NCBI GenBank assembly: GCA_964396265.1
Contig: CAYNEM010000015.1
Location: 1,182 to 65,181, forward strand
Source of the DNA: an uncultured Methanomassiliicoccales archaeon
Lineage (GTDB): Archaea; Thermoplasmatota; Thermoplasmata; RBG-16-68-12; EA-27
Direction: 5' to 3'
Length of the DNA: 64,000 nucleotides
The position numbers and the translations under genes are program-made. The notes below the pieces were generated by a model. It worked only from the letters and a program-made list of their open reading frames with translations. It did no database searches and was not told the origin of the DNA. Shown in pieces: positions 9,073-18,304 of this stretch. Within the stretch, counting starts at the first letter, position 1. Every line of letters starts with the position of its first letter.

Positions 9073-9546
9073 ATGAACAGAGGAGTGATGTGGATCGGTG
9101 TCATGCTCGTGAGTGTGCTCATGTTGCTGCCCCTGGCATCGGCGGCAACGGTGTTCGGAGCTTCCGCAAAAGGAGCCACCGACGCTGCCACTTGCGTCGC
9201 GGCCGGCCACTTCTTGATCGTCCCAATCGCATTGGGCGTGTCGAATGGCGATACCGTCGAGATATGGTGGAATACCACCCACTACGACAACCGGTCGGCG
9301 GGAAGCCGAACCGCCACGCACTCCTTCAGTGTGGTCGCCACTCACAACGGAGTCACCGTTGGGACATGGGGCAATTACACTTCTACAGGAGGTCTTCCGG
9401 GCGGAGGTGTGACAAACAACCTGTTACGAACCGTTTCTATAACGGATGATACGAAAACCATCGCCATCACGTGGTCAGCCAGCGTTACAATCACCCCTGG
9501 GTGTTCGGCCAGTACCTCGCTGAACCACACGATCCAGCTGTCCTAG
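9073..9546 (+). CDS. Small secreted hypothetical protein (157 aa)
   Basis: SD gaggaag; signal peptide MNRGVMWIGVMLVSVLMLLPLASA; T/G/S-rich beta-strand body. Confidence 0.75.
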   Translation: MNRGVMWIGVMLVSVLMLLPLASAATVFGASAKGATDAATCVAAGHFLIVPIALGVSNGDTVEIWWNTTHYDNRSAGSRTATHSFSVVATHNGVTVGTWGNYTSTGGLPGGGVTNNLLRTVSITDDTKTIAITWSASVTITPGCSASTSLNHTIQLS

Positions 9547-9608
9547 TGGGTGGGCCACCCGAAAACTTTGTAACCGTACCTCTCCATGGAGGTCCGGAAT
9601 GGAAGGGG

Positions 9609-12053
9609 GTGGTGCGGTCGAATAAAGCCTGGATGATGGGAATCTGTTTAGCTCTCATCTTGGCCGTTCACGCGAGCCCGACAGGACCCGACCCTCCCAG
9701 CGCGACTGGGACCGTCATTGGAGGGAACATCACCGGAAATGTGACTTGGACTCCGTCCGGGAATCCGTATTGGGTCGTCGCCGAAACTCAGGTGGACTCA
9801 GGCGCGGTGCTGCGTCTTCAAGCTGGAGTTCGCGTCCAGTTCGACCGAGCGAACCTGACGGTTCTCGGGAGATTGTACGCCGATGGAATCGAGAAACAAC
9901 GAGTCGTTCTGACGACGAATCTCACTCCCCCTGCATACTGGGGTGTAATTCATGTCGGATCCGGAGGTTTCGTGATACTTCGGAACGCGACTCTCGCGTA
10001 TGGCGGGTTGAGCGCCCTTCAATCGGACGAGATTATTCTGGATAGACTCCTCTATGATCCCAGTGGTCCCTCGGGCACCCTTGTCATCGACGGCGTCAAT
10101 GGTCTCCTCCTGGCGAACAGCACGATTCGTGCGAGTGGTGGTGTGCAGGTTCGCGATACCTCTTGGAGTGAGATCTCCGACAATGTCATCGCCGGACCAA
10201 ATCCCGGGATCACAGGACTCGACGTCTCCAACACACCCAGCACGGTCATTCGCGGGAATCGCATAAGGGGATTTCTCACCGGAATCCGAATAGCTGGAAC
10301 CAACCCCCAAATCTTGGACAATGAGGTCTCCGACGCCACGAATGGTGTGTTCGTCGAAGCATCAGACGCCCTGCTCGCGGGAAACCGCGTGCACGAAAAT
10401 CAGATAGGAATCGTCCTCTATCGGGCCCCGCGGTCAACAGTACGGAACAATCTGGCAAGCGACAACACCTTGTTCGGGATAAGTGTTGTCGCTGCGCAAG
10501 GCACTCGGATTGATGGAAACGCGTTCGTCGGCAACGGGCACATGTACCCACAAATCGGAGCCGGAATCCGTCTCGACACAAGTTCTTGGTCATTCGTCTA
10601 CGACAACACCATAGAGGGTAATCAGAAAGGCATCTGGCTGGATGGTGGACAAGGGCACCGCGTCTACCACAACTGGATTCTCTGGAATGTAGAACAGGCC
10701 ATCGATACTTCGTTGAGTTCATGGTGGGACGATTGGTACCCGTCCGGGGGCAACCACTGGTCCGACTACGCGGGCGATGACTTGTATCGTGGCCAGAATC
10801 AGAACATTCCCGGCCCAGACGGGATCGGAGATGCCGCTCGGCCCGTCCTTCCGAACATCGCGGCCGACCGCTATCCGTTCTACTCTGTCGCCGCCCCCGG
10901 ACTCCCGCCATTCGTGACCGCGAAGGCAGTCGGAGAAGACATCCTTCTCTCCTGGCAAGCCGCCCCGATGGCAGACTCCTACATCGTCCACACGGCGAAT
11001 GACCCGACGGCGTTCGACTTCGCCTCGCCCGTGGCGGTGGGGAACGTCACTTCGTGGACGGATGCGGGCGCCGCAGCGAGCCCCGGGGAGCGATACTACA
11101 TCGTGCGGGCGCACAACTCGAGTCTCAACCGGACGGGTCCGACGAGCAACACCGCGGGGAAATGGACCCACGCGTTCCCATCCGGATCCGCGACCCTTGC
11201 CCTGCCCCTGGCGCCATACCCATGGGTGGACTACTCGCAATCGGGCTGGGTCGACAACGCCAGCGAGTTCGCCGCCGCGACGGGGGCTTCCGAGTTCGCT
11301 TACATGGAAGGCGGTCGATGGTGGACAACTCCCGGGGATGGGGACCCGGGGCGCGCGCTGAGGATGGGAGAGGGCTATCTCGCGTCGTTCCCCACGCCCA
11401 CGCAGTTCACGTTCACGGGCGTCCCGGGGTCCGTCATCGACTACGCGCAATGGCCTCCGTATCCGGAGCGAGGGTTCGATCCCGCGACGACCGCGCGGGA
11501 AATCTCCGCCCAAGTGCAGGGGAACGACATCACCGTGGAATGGCCCCAGCTGCCGGACTTCGGACCGCCGAACGGGAGCTATCTCCTCTACGCTTCCCGG
11601 ACTCCAGGCGGCCTCCGGGGATACCATGGCCTCGATCACTTCCTCCTCGCAACCGTGCCCGCCTCGGCGGGCCCTCGCATGTCGTTCGTGCACCGTGACG
11701 CCCTGCTAGACTCTTCGGAATGGTATTACTTCGTCGTACCCGTACGCGAGGTCTACGGGCGGGGATCGAGCACGTACAGCATCGGCGTGTCCGCCCTTGA
11801 CCTCCCCATCGGGTCCGCCGCTTTCGGGTTGCCGCTCCGCCCATTCTCGAACGGCACATACTCGGCCATCGTCGTTTCTGGACTCGTCAGCTCTAACGTT
11901 CAGGGGGTGATATGGTTCGACCAGACGCGTCAGGACTGGGTCGCCCACGCGGCGTGGATGCCTCAGGGGACGTACGACACGTCCATCACGATGATCATGG
12001 CGGTGCAAGTGGATGCGACCTCTCCAACTCGGATCGTGTTCGTGGGCGTGTAG
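9609..12053 (+). CDS. Secreted right-handed beta-helix (NosD/CASH-like) protein with FN3-like domains
   Basis: Signal peptide; repeated N-x-I-x-x-N/GI-x-L units; GGNHWSDY..D..G..DGIGD..DRYP motif; FN3-like ILLSW..Y..YYIVRA. Start approximate. Confidence 0.85.
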   Translation: MVRSNKAWMMGICLALILAVHASPTGPDPPSATGTVIGGNITGNVTWTPSGNPYWVVAETQVDSGAVLRLQAGVRVQFDRANLTVLGRLYADGIEKQRVVLTTNLTPPAYWGVIHVGSGGFVILRNATLAYGGLSALQSDEIILDRLLYDPSGPSGTLVIDGVNGLLLANSTIRASGGVQVRDTSWSEISDNVIAGPNPGITGLDVSNTPSTVIRGNRIRGFLTGIRIAGTNPQILDNEVSDATNGVFVEASDALLAGNRVHENQIGIVLYRAPRSTVRNNLASDNTLFGISVVAAQGTRIDGNAFVGNGHMYPQIGAGIRLDTSSWSFVYDNTIEGNQKGIWLDGGQGHRVYHNWILWNVEQAIDTSLSSWWDDWYPSGGNHWSDYAGDDLYRGQNQNIPGPDGIGDAARPVLPNIAADRYPFYSVAAPGLPPFVTAKAVGEDILLSWQAAPMADSYIVHTANDPTAFDFASPVAVGNVTSWTDAGAAASPGERYYIVRAHNSSLNRTGPTSNTAGKWTHAFPSGSATLALPLAPYPWVDYSQSGWVDNASEFAAATGASEFAYMEGGRWWTTPGDGDPGRALRMGEGYLASFPTPTQFTFTGVPGSVIDYAQWPPYPERGFDPATTAREISAQVQGNDITVEWPQLPDFGPPNGSYLLYASRTPGGLRGYHGLDHFLLATVPASAGPRMSFVHRDALLDSSEWYYFVVPVREVYGRGSSTYSIGVSALDLPIGSAAFGLPLRPFSNGTYSAIVVSGLVSSNVQGVIWFDQTRQDWVAHAAWMPQGTYDTSITMIMAVQVDATSPTRIVFVGV

Positions 12054-14610
12054 CGCGATCCTCGTTGCGCTCGCGGCCATCGCTCTCGTTGCGACGCCGG
12101 TCCATGCGGCCGCGGACGACCAGAACCTCACGGGCCTCGTCTACCTCGCGGACGGCACCCCGCTCTCCGCGACGCTGTGGGCCGACAACACGGGCTTCGC
12201 GGTGTTCGTAAACCACGGCGGGAGCTGGTCCACCGCGTGGCGGTACCCCGTCACGGGCTGGTACCTCACCTCCGGAGGTGCGTACAGCCTCGTCCTCCCC
12301 GCCGTCGAGAAGGACGTGAACTGGGGAAACACGGACCCCTATCGCGTCGCGTTCGACGTGTCCGCGATCACGGGGAACGCGGGAGAGACGGCCAACGCGA
12401 CAAGCCACGGGACGGGAGACCCGGGCGAGTTCTCCGCGGCCGGCGCGACAGAGAACTCGATAATGTGGAACGCGACGGACAACTGGCAGCGCTGGGACAT
12501 CGTCCTCCTTGCGCTCCCGGACCTGGCGGTGAACGCCTCGGAGATCCTCGTATCTCCTGGGCCGCCCGTCTCCGTGGGCACCGTCGTGACGGTCGATGCA
12601 ACCGTGCGGAACCTGGGTGCGGTGGACGCTTCGAACGCGGTCGCTCGTTTCACGGACGGCGTGCCGCCCGGGATTCCTATTGGGACGGATGTCACTATCC
12701 CCTCTCTCCCCGCGGGCGGGTCGGTCCCCGTCCAGCGGACGTGGAACGCTGGGCCTGCCGGCCTCCACCAGCTCTGCGTAGCAACGGATCCTGACGGAAC
12801 TATCGTCGAGGCGAACGAGACGAACAACCTCGTGTGCGTCGACGTCCTCGTGACCGCCGCCCCGGAGACGAGGCCCGACTACGTCCCGTTCGCCCCACAG
12901 CCTACGCCTCCGCCCCGAGCGGGGCTTTCGCAGCCCGTCTCCCTTTCCGTGCAGGTCCTCAATCAGGGGAACGCGTCGGGGAACACGGTAACCACGATTG
13001 CGTTCTACAACGCCTCGACGCCGGGGAGTCCCTTCTCGACGGCCGTCGTGCCTCCGCTTCTCCCATCCCAAGTTTCTGGTCGATTCGCCGCCACATGGAC
13101 ATCCCCCGCAACCCCGGGGACCTATGATGTGTCCGCGAGTGTGGACTATGGGGACTCGCTTCCGGAATGGGACGAGACGAACAACGTCTTCGCATGGCAG
13201 GTCGACGTCGTCACCGGCCCTGTCACCGCGCTCATCCTCGGGGCGCCGAACGTCACCGCCGCGCAGGTGTTCGTGACCTCATCCACAGACCTTTCGTTCT
13301 CCGTCCTCGACCAAGGCGGCTCGGGGATCCGGTCCACCTCGTATCGCGTGGACATCCTGACGTGGACGAACTACTCGGCTGCGGGGCCCTTCCGCCTCGC
13401 GGGGGAGGGCCCGCACTCCCTCGAGTGGTACAGCGAGGACTTCGCGGGGAACGTGGAGGTCGTCCAGTCTGCGGTGGTCATCGTCGACGAGACGCCGCCG
13501 ATCACGACGCCCACGGTCGGGGATCCAAAGTACCTTGTTGGCGGCACCTTCGTGACGTCAGCGACGCCCTTCAGTCTGGCGGCGGTGGACGGAGGGGTGG
13601 ACCCCGTGGGCGTCGCCTTCACGGAATACCAGATCGACACAGGGTCGTGGATCCCTTATGCCGCCCCGTTCACAGTCTCCGGCGAGGGTGCGCACGGCAT
13701 GGCCTTCCATTCCGTCGATTGGCTGGGGAACGCGGAGGTGCTGGGAATTCTCCCGATTACGGTCGATGACACGCCGCCGACGGTCCTGCTCTCGGTCGGG
13801 GTCCCGCAGTACAGCGGCGCGCAGCTGTACGTGAATTCCTCGACGCCGCTCACAATCGTAGCCTCGGATGGCGGCATCGTGCCGGTGGGGCTGGCCCTGG
13901 TTGAATACCGGATCGGCAGCGGAACCTGGACGCCGTTCGCGAACCCGTTCAACCTGTCGCCCCCGGACGGGACCTGGCACGTCGAGTACGCCGCCACGGA
14001 CCATCTGGGCCATCGCGCTGCCGACGCGAGGGACCTCGTCCTGGACGACACGCCGCCCGAGACGACGATCGCGCCAACCGCCGGTCCGTACACGGAGGAT
14101 ACGACCTTCACGCTCGAGGCCTCGGACGCCGGCTCCGGCGTCGCGCGCACGGAGATCCGGATCGACGACGGCTCGTGGGCCGGATCTGCTGGAGCGTTCT
14201 CCCTGGGCGCCGGACATCACATCATCCGGTACCGCTCCGCGGACCGGCTCAACAACACGGAGGTCGAACGGACGCTCTCCGTGACCGTCGAGGGCGCACC
14301 CCCTCCACCGGAGCCGAACTGGAAGCCCCTCTTGGCGGCAGTGTTCGCAAGCATCCTCGCCCTCGTGGGCGCGTGGTCCGCTCGGCGCGCACCGTGGCCG
14401 ACGGGCTCGCGGCCCCGCCTGCGCGCGTTCGTCCACTCCGCCCTCCCGTTCGTTGCGGCGGAGGCCGCAACCGGGGCGGTGTCGTTCCTCACGGGGTCGC
14501 TCGCGATCCTTCCGCTGCTCGGGGCGGGGATGACGGTGGACCTCGCCATTCTGTTCGCGGGAATCGCGGTCTCGGTGTATCGCGTCCGCAAGTCGAAGCC
14601 ACCTGAGTAG
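12013..14610 (+). CDS. Membrane-anchored surface protein with CARDB and Ig-like repeats
   Basis: PDLAV..V..TVRNLG and IVEANETNN (CARDB); repeats of D-GSG..Y.ID..W..Y..PF...EG.H...YS.D..GN; three C-terminal TM segments. Confidence 0.88.
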   Translation: MRPLQLGSCSWACSAILVALAAIALVATPVHAAADDQNLTGLVYLADGTPLSATLWADNTGFAVFVNHGGSWSTAWRYPVTGWYLTSGGAYSLVLPAVEKDVNWGNTDPYRVAFDVSAITGNAGETANATSHGTGDPGEFSAAGATENSIMWNATDNWQRWDIVLLALPDLAVNASEILVSPGPPVSVGTVVTVDATVRNLGAVDASNAVARFTDGVPPGIPIGTDVTIPSLPAGGSVPVQRTWNAGPAGLHQLCVATDPDGTIVEANETNNLVCVDVLVTAAPETRPDYVPFAPQPTPPPRAGLSQPVSLSVQVLNQGNASGNTVTTIAFYNASTPGSPFSTAVVPPLLPSQVSGRFAATWTSPATPGTYDVSASVDYGDSLPEWDETNNVFAWQVDVVTGPVTALILGAPNVTAAQVFVTSSTDLSFSVLDQGGSGIRSTSYRVDILTWTNYSAAGPFRLAGEGPHSLEWYSEDFAGNVEVVQSAVVIVDETPPITTPTVGDPKYLVGGTFVTSATPFSLAAVDGGVDPVGVAFTEYQIDTGSWIPYAAPFTVSGEGAHGMAFHSVDWLGNAEVLGILPITVDDTPPTVLLSVGVPQYSGAQLYVNSSTPLTIVASDGGIVPVGLALVEYRIGSGTWTPFANPFNLSPPDGTWHVEYAATDHLGHRAADARDLVLDDTPPETTIAPTAGPYTEDTTFTLEASDAGSGVARTEIRIDDGSWAGSAGAFSLGAGHHIIRYRSADRLNNTEVERTLSVTVEGAPPPPEPNWKPLLAAVFASILALVGAWSARRAPWPTGSRPRLRAFVHSALPFVAAEAATGAVSFLTGSLAILPLLGAGMTVDLAILFAGIAVSVYRVRKSKPPE

Positions 14611-14661
14611 GAACGACACCGTCATTTCGCGGACGGTCCGAAAGCCGCCTTTCCACGAAGC

Positions 14662-15204
14662 CTAAAACCACTTCGCCATCAGGACGTCGTCGACGTACTC
14701 CCCTCGGATCTTGAAGTGCCGCTTCCGGGCGGCCTCGACCTCGAACCCGAGCTTCTGGTACAGCGCGATCGCGCGTTCGTTCGAGGCGAAGACCTCCAGG
14801 GTGGCCTTCTCCACGCGCCTTTGCTTCATCCACTCGAGCGCCCGCTCCATGAGTGCGCGCCCGATGCCCAGGCCGCGGAACGCCCGCACGATCGCGATCC
14901 CGAGATTTGCGACGTGGCGTGCCTTGGCGAACGTGGAGATGCGCACGTCGACCTGCCCGACGACGCGGCCGGCGACCTCTGCGACGTACAGCACGGACGT
15001 GAGGTTGTCGAAGGAGCGGATCCATTCCCTCTCCCGCCTCGCGCTGTGCGTGAGCCGCTCCGTGAGGATGAACTCCTCCTCGGCGCCGATCTCGTTGATG
15101 TTCCGCATGAGGGCGTCCGCGTCCGCTTCCGTTGCGCGCCGGATCGTGCACGCGCGTCCGTCCTTCATCGGGTGCGCCCAGCGGTCGTGCTCCCTGCGCA
15201 GCAT
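14662..15204 (-). CDS. GNAT-family N-acetyltransferase
   Basis: FRGLGIGRAL acetyl-CoA motif and NERAIALYQKLGFE; start 6 nt after the pdhA stop. Confidence 0.9.
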   Translation of the reverse strand: MLRREHDRWAHPMKDGRACTIRRATEADADALMRNINEIGAEEEFILTERLTHSARREREWIRSFDNLTSVLYVAEVAGRVVGQVDVRISTFAKARHVANLGIAIVRAFRGLGIGRALMERALEWMKQRRVEKATLEVFASNERAIALYQKLGFEVEAARKRHFKIRGEYVDDVLMAKWF

Positions 15205-15209
15205 GGGGC

Positions 15210-16307
15210 TCACAGCGGGAACGCGCCCATGTCCTCGGGCCGGCGGCGGAACCCGCCCCGGAGGAACTCCTCCATCTGCTCGCGGAGGTGCCACGGGAGG
15301 TCTGCGTAGACGTCCGTGAACACGGTCTCCGTCGACGGCGGGGGCACCTTCTCCGCGGTCCGCACGGCCTCCGTGATCGCGTCCTCGATCTCGCTCCGCG
15401 TGGAGACCTCCCAGCTCGGATCGTACAACCCCTTGGCCTCGAGGTACTTGCGGAACCGCTCGATGGGGTCCCTGTGCCGCCACAGCTCGACCTCCTCCGG
15501 GTTCCGGTACCGGGTCGGGTCGTCGGACGAGGAGTGGGGACCCATGCGGTACGTGACGGCCTCGATAAACGTCGGGCCGCCCCCCGCGCGCGCCTTCTCA
15601 ACGGCCCACTTCGTCGCGGAGTACGCCGCCAGCGCGTCGTTCCCGTCCACCCGCAGTCCCTCGAACCCATACGCGCGGGCCTTGATCGCCAGCGTCGTCG
15701 ACGCGGTCTGTTTCGCGACGGGGACCGAGATCGCCCACTGGTTGTTCTTGCAGAGGAAGACGCACGGCACGCCGAAGACGCCGGCGAAGTTCATCCCCGC
15801 GTGGAAGTCGCCCTCGCTCGTGGCCCCGTCACCGAAGAAGGCAATCGCGACATGCCGATCCCCGCGGATCTTCATCGCCCAGGCGCACCCGACGGCGTGC
15901 GGGATCTGTGAGCCGACCGGACTCGAGATCGAGACGAGACGGAGCTCACGGTTCGCGAAGTGGTTCGGCATCTGGCGGCCCTTGGAGAGGTCCTCCGCGT
16001 TCCCGTAGAACTGCGCGATCAGGGATGGGAGAGGATAGCCCCGCCAGATCGCGGAGCCCGGCTCCCGGTACGCGGGGAAGATCCAATCGTCCTTGTCGAG
16101 CGCGGCGCAGCTGCCGATCTGCACGGCCTCCTCCCCGGACGAAGGGACGTAGAACCCGATGCGCCCCTGCCGCTGCAGGCTGAGCATGCGGGTGTCGAGG
16201 ATGCGCACGAACAACAGGGCTCGGTATATCTCCTTGAGGCGGTCCTCGGACAGCTTGGGCTCGAGGTTCGGGTCGAACGATCCGTCCTCGCGGATGACCT
16301 GGAGCAT
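15210..16307 (-). CDS. pdhA: 2-oxoacid dehydrogenase E1 alpha subunit (copy 1)
   Basis: LQRQGRIGFY, TPP motif GDGATSEGDFH..NNQWAIS, TYRMGPHSSSDDP. Confidence 0.92.
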   Translation of the reverse strand: MLQVIREDGSFDPNLEPKLSEDRLKEIYRALLFVRILDTRMLSLQRQGRIGFYVPSSGEEAVQIGSCAALDKDDWIFPAYREPGSAIWRGYPLPSLIAQFYGNAEDLSKGRQMPNHFANRELRLVSISSPVGSQIPHAVGCAWAMKIRGDRHVAIAFFGDGATSEGDFHAGMNFAGVFGVPCVFLCKNNQWAISVPVAKQTASTTLAIKARAYGFEGLRVDGNDALAAYSATKWAVEKARAGGGPTFIEAVTYRMGPHSSSDDPTRYRNPEEVELWRHRDPIERFRKYLEAKGLYDPSWEVSTRSEIEDAITEAVRTAEKVPPPSTETVFTDVYADLPWHLREQMEEFLRGGFRRRPEDMGAFPL

Positions 16308-16314
16308 GGCCTCC

Positions 16315-17211
16315 TCAGGCACCGACCCGCACCTCCCGCTTCCGGAGCAGGGACTCGAGGAAGAACTCACCGGCGCGGTACGAGGAGCGGACGAGGGGGC
16401 CCGACGCGACGTACAGGAATCCCATCTCCTGCGCTTGGCGGCGGTACGCTTCGAAGGCGTCCGGGCTCACGAACTCGCTCACTGCCAGATGCCACGTGGT
16501 CGGCCGCAGGTATTGCCCGAGCGTCACGATGTCGACATCGGCCGCACGGAGGTCTCGGAGGGTCTGGAGCACCTCGTCCTCCGTCTCCCCGAGGCCGAGC
16601 ATAATCGACGACTTCGTGTAGACGTCGGGGCGGACCGCCTTGGCATGCCGCAGGACGAACAGGCTCTGCTCGTAGTTCGCGCGCGGGTCGCGCGCCACGG
16701 ACTGAAGGCGAAGCACTGTCTCCACGTTGTGGTCGAACACTTCCTGTCCGCCGGCAAGGACGGTGCGGATCGCGTCGTTGTCACCTCGGAAGTCCGGCAC
16801 CAGGGTCTCCACCATGATGCCGGGGTCCAGTGCCTTGATCGCTCGCACGGTGTTCGCGAAGTGCGCGGCGCCGCCATCGGGGAGATCGTCGCGATCCACG
16901 GAGGTGAGCACGACGTACGTGAGCCCGAGGTCCGCGACCGCGTTCGCGACGTTCTCCGGTTCGCGGGGATCCACGATGCCGTACGGGTTCCCGGATTTCA
17001 CCGCGCAGAACCGACACCCGCGCGTGCATGTGTCCCCCAGAAGCATAATCGTGGCGGTGCCGCCGCCCCAGCATTCCGCTACGTTGGGGCAATGGGCCTC
17101 CTCGCACACGGTGTGGAGGTTCATGTCGCGAAGGAGCGTCTTGAGGTGCGCGAAGTTCTCGCCCCCGGGAGGCCGCACCTTCAGCCATTCCGGCTTTCGC
17201 TCGGCGAGCAT
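16315..17211 (-). CDS. lipA: Lipoyl synthase (radical SAM)
   Basis: [20 protein letters not shown] and C-terminal RSSY motifs. Confidence 0.97.
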   Translation of the reverse strand: MLAERKPEWLKVRPPGGENFAHLKTLLRDMNLHTVCEEAHCPNVAECWGGGTATIMLLGDTCTRGCRFCAVKSGNPYGIVDPREPENVANAVADLGLTYVVLTSVDRDDLPDGGAAHFANTVRAIKALDPGIMVETLVPDFRGDNDAIRTVLAGGQEVFDHNVETVLRLQSVARDPRANYEQSLFVLRHAKAVRPDVYTKSSIMLGLGETEDEVLQTLRDLRAADVDIVTLGQYLRPTTWHLAVSEFVSPDAFEAYRRQAQEMGFLYVASGPLVRSSYRAGEFFLESLLRKREVRVGA

Positions 17212-17365
17212 GGGACGGGGCGGGATGGCAGGGGCGCGTAAATAGATATCCCGTTGCGTGCGCTCGATCGCGATTTCACGATGCTCGCCGCGGCCGTCTG
17301 ATGGAAGGATACCTCAGGGCGGGAGTTGGGCTAATCGTTAAGTCGCCGCCAACCTAGCTACGCGC

Positions 17366-18304
17366 GTGCGCGGGCCGAGCCCCGTTTCGGTGGCAGAAGG
17401 CCTGAACGGCCGGATCGAGAAGACGCTCGCCATCGCTGCGCGCTGGGGCTACGGGCTCTCCGTGGACCAACTCGCCCGTCTCCTGTACGGCGGATCCGTC
17501 CCGGAGGCAGAGATCGTCCGGGCGCTGCGTGACGCATCCGGAGTCGCCCGGGAGGATGGGTTCGCGACCGTCTTGGGCCGAGAGGACCTCCTCGCAAAGT
17601 CGATCGACCGCCATCGGACGAACGGCGCCCTGGCAAGCACGTATCTCGGGATCGCCCGCGATTTCGCGCGGGACCTCCTCCGCCACTCTCCGTTCGTCCG
17701 CGCGATCGCGGTCTCTGGATCGACTGCCTCCGGAGGGCTCGGAGTCGGCGACGACGTCGACCTCAACCTGTTCTCGGAAAGCGGCGCGAAGTACGTCGTG
17801 TACCTGACCGCCATCCTCCTCGGCATCAAGTACTCCCTGCGATACCACCGCCGGTTCGCCCACGGGTCGCCTTACCTCGGCGTCCTCCCGAAGGTCACGT
17901 GCATCAACGTGGTGTGGACAGAGGCTGAGTGCCGCCCGTTCGTCCGACAGGACGCGTCCCTGGCGTTCGAGCTGCTCCGATCGAAGCCCATCTTCGGCAC
18001 GGATCACTACCGCCAAGTCCTCGGGGCGAATCCGTGGCTCGGGGACCACTTCCCCCAAGTCTTCGTGGAGGCCACCGAAGATCCGGTCGCGGCCCCGCCA
18101 CCGTCGGGCCTTGCACGGCTCCAGGGATGGTTCGCCCTCGCGCCGGCACGCCGTCGTTGGCTAGATCGAACCTGCCGTTTCGCCGCGGGCGCGCTCCATC
18201 GGCTCATCGAGCTTTCGAGGGAGAGGGATCCCGAGGCGGTCCGGAGGACGCGGTTCCTGCGGCAGGTGAAATTCCCCTACGACCTGTTTCAGGATGGCCC
18301 ATGA
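17366..18304 (+). CDS. Pol-beta-like nucleotidyltransferase-domain protein of unknown function
   Basis: FVRAIAVSGSTASGG..DDVDLNLF (GS...DxD motif); overlaps the next gene by ATGA. Start is 17366 or 17390. Confidence 0.7.
   Translation: MRGPSPVSVAEGLNGRIEKTLAIAARWGYGLSVDQLARLLYGGSVPEAEIVRALRDASGVAREDGFATVLGREDLLAKSIDRHRTNGALASTYLGIARDFARDLLRHSPFVRAIAVSGSTASGGLGVGDDVDLNLFSESGAKYVVYLTAILLGIKYSLRYHRRFAHGSPYLGVLPKVTCINVVWTEAECRPFVRQDASLAFELLRSKPIFGTDHYRQVLGANPWLGDHFPQVFVEATEDPVAAPPPSGLARLQGWFALAPARRRWLDRTCRFAAGALHRLIELSRERDPEAVRRTRFLRQVKFPYDLFQDGP

Noticed and set aside
7629..9278. 549-aa minus-strand ORF and similar long Arg/Pro/Gly-rich ORFs across the window (e.g. 19744-21207, 35914-37767, 45199-47187)
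   Set aside because: Alternative frames overlapping genes with clear motifs; low-complexity composition expected at this GC content.
17929..18300. N-terminal extension of the 1072-aa GT ORF
   Set aside because: Overlaps the NTase gene; the ATGA-coupled start at 18301 is more plausible. The same reasoning trims the track ORFs for pdhC, TatD, nfi, the amidohydrolase and the permeases.
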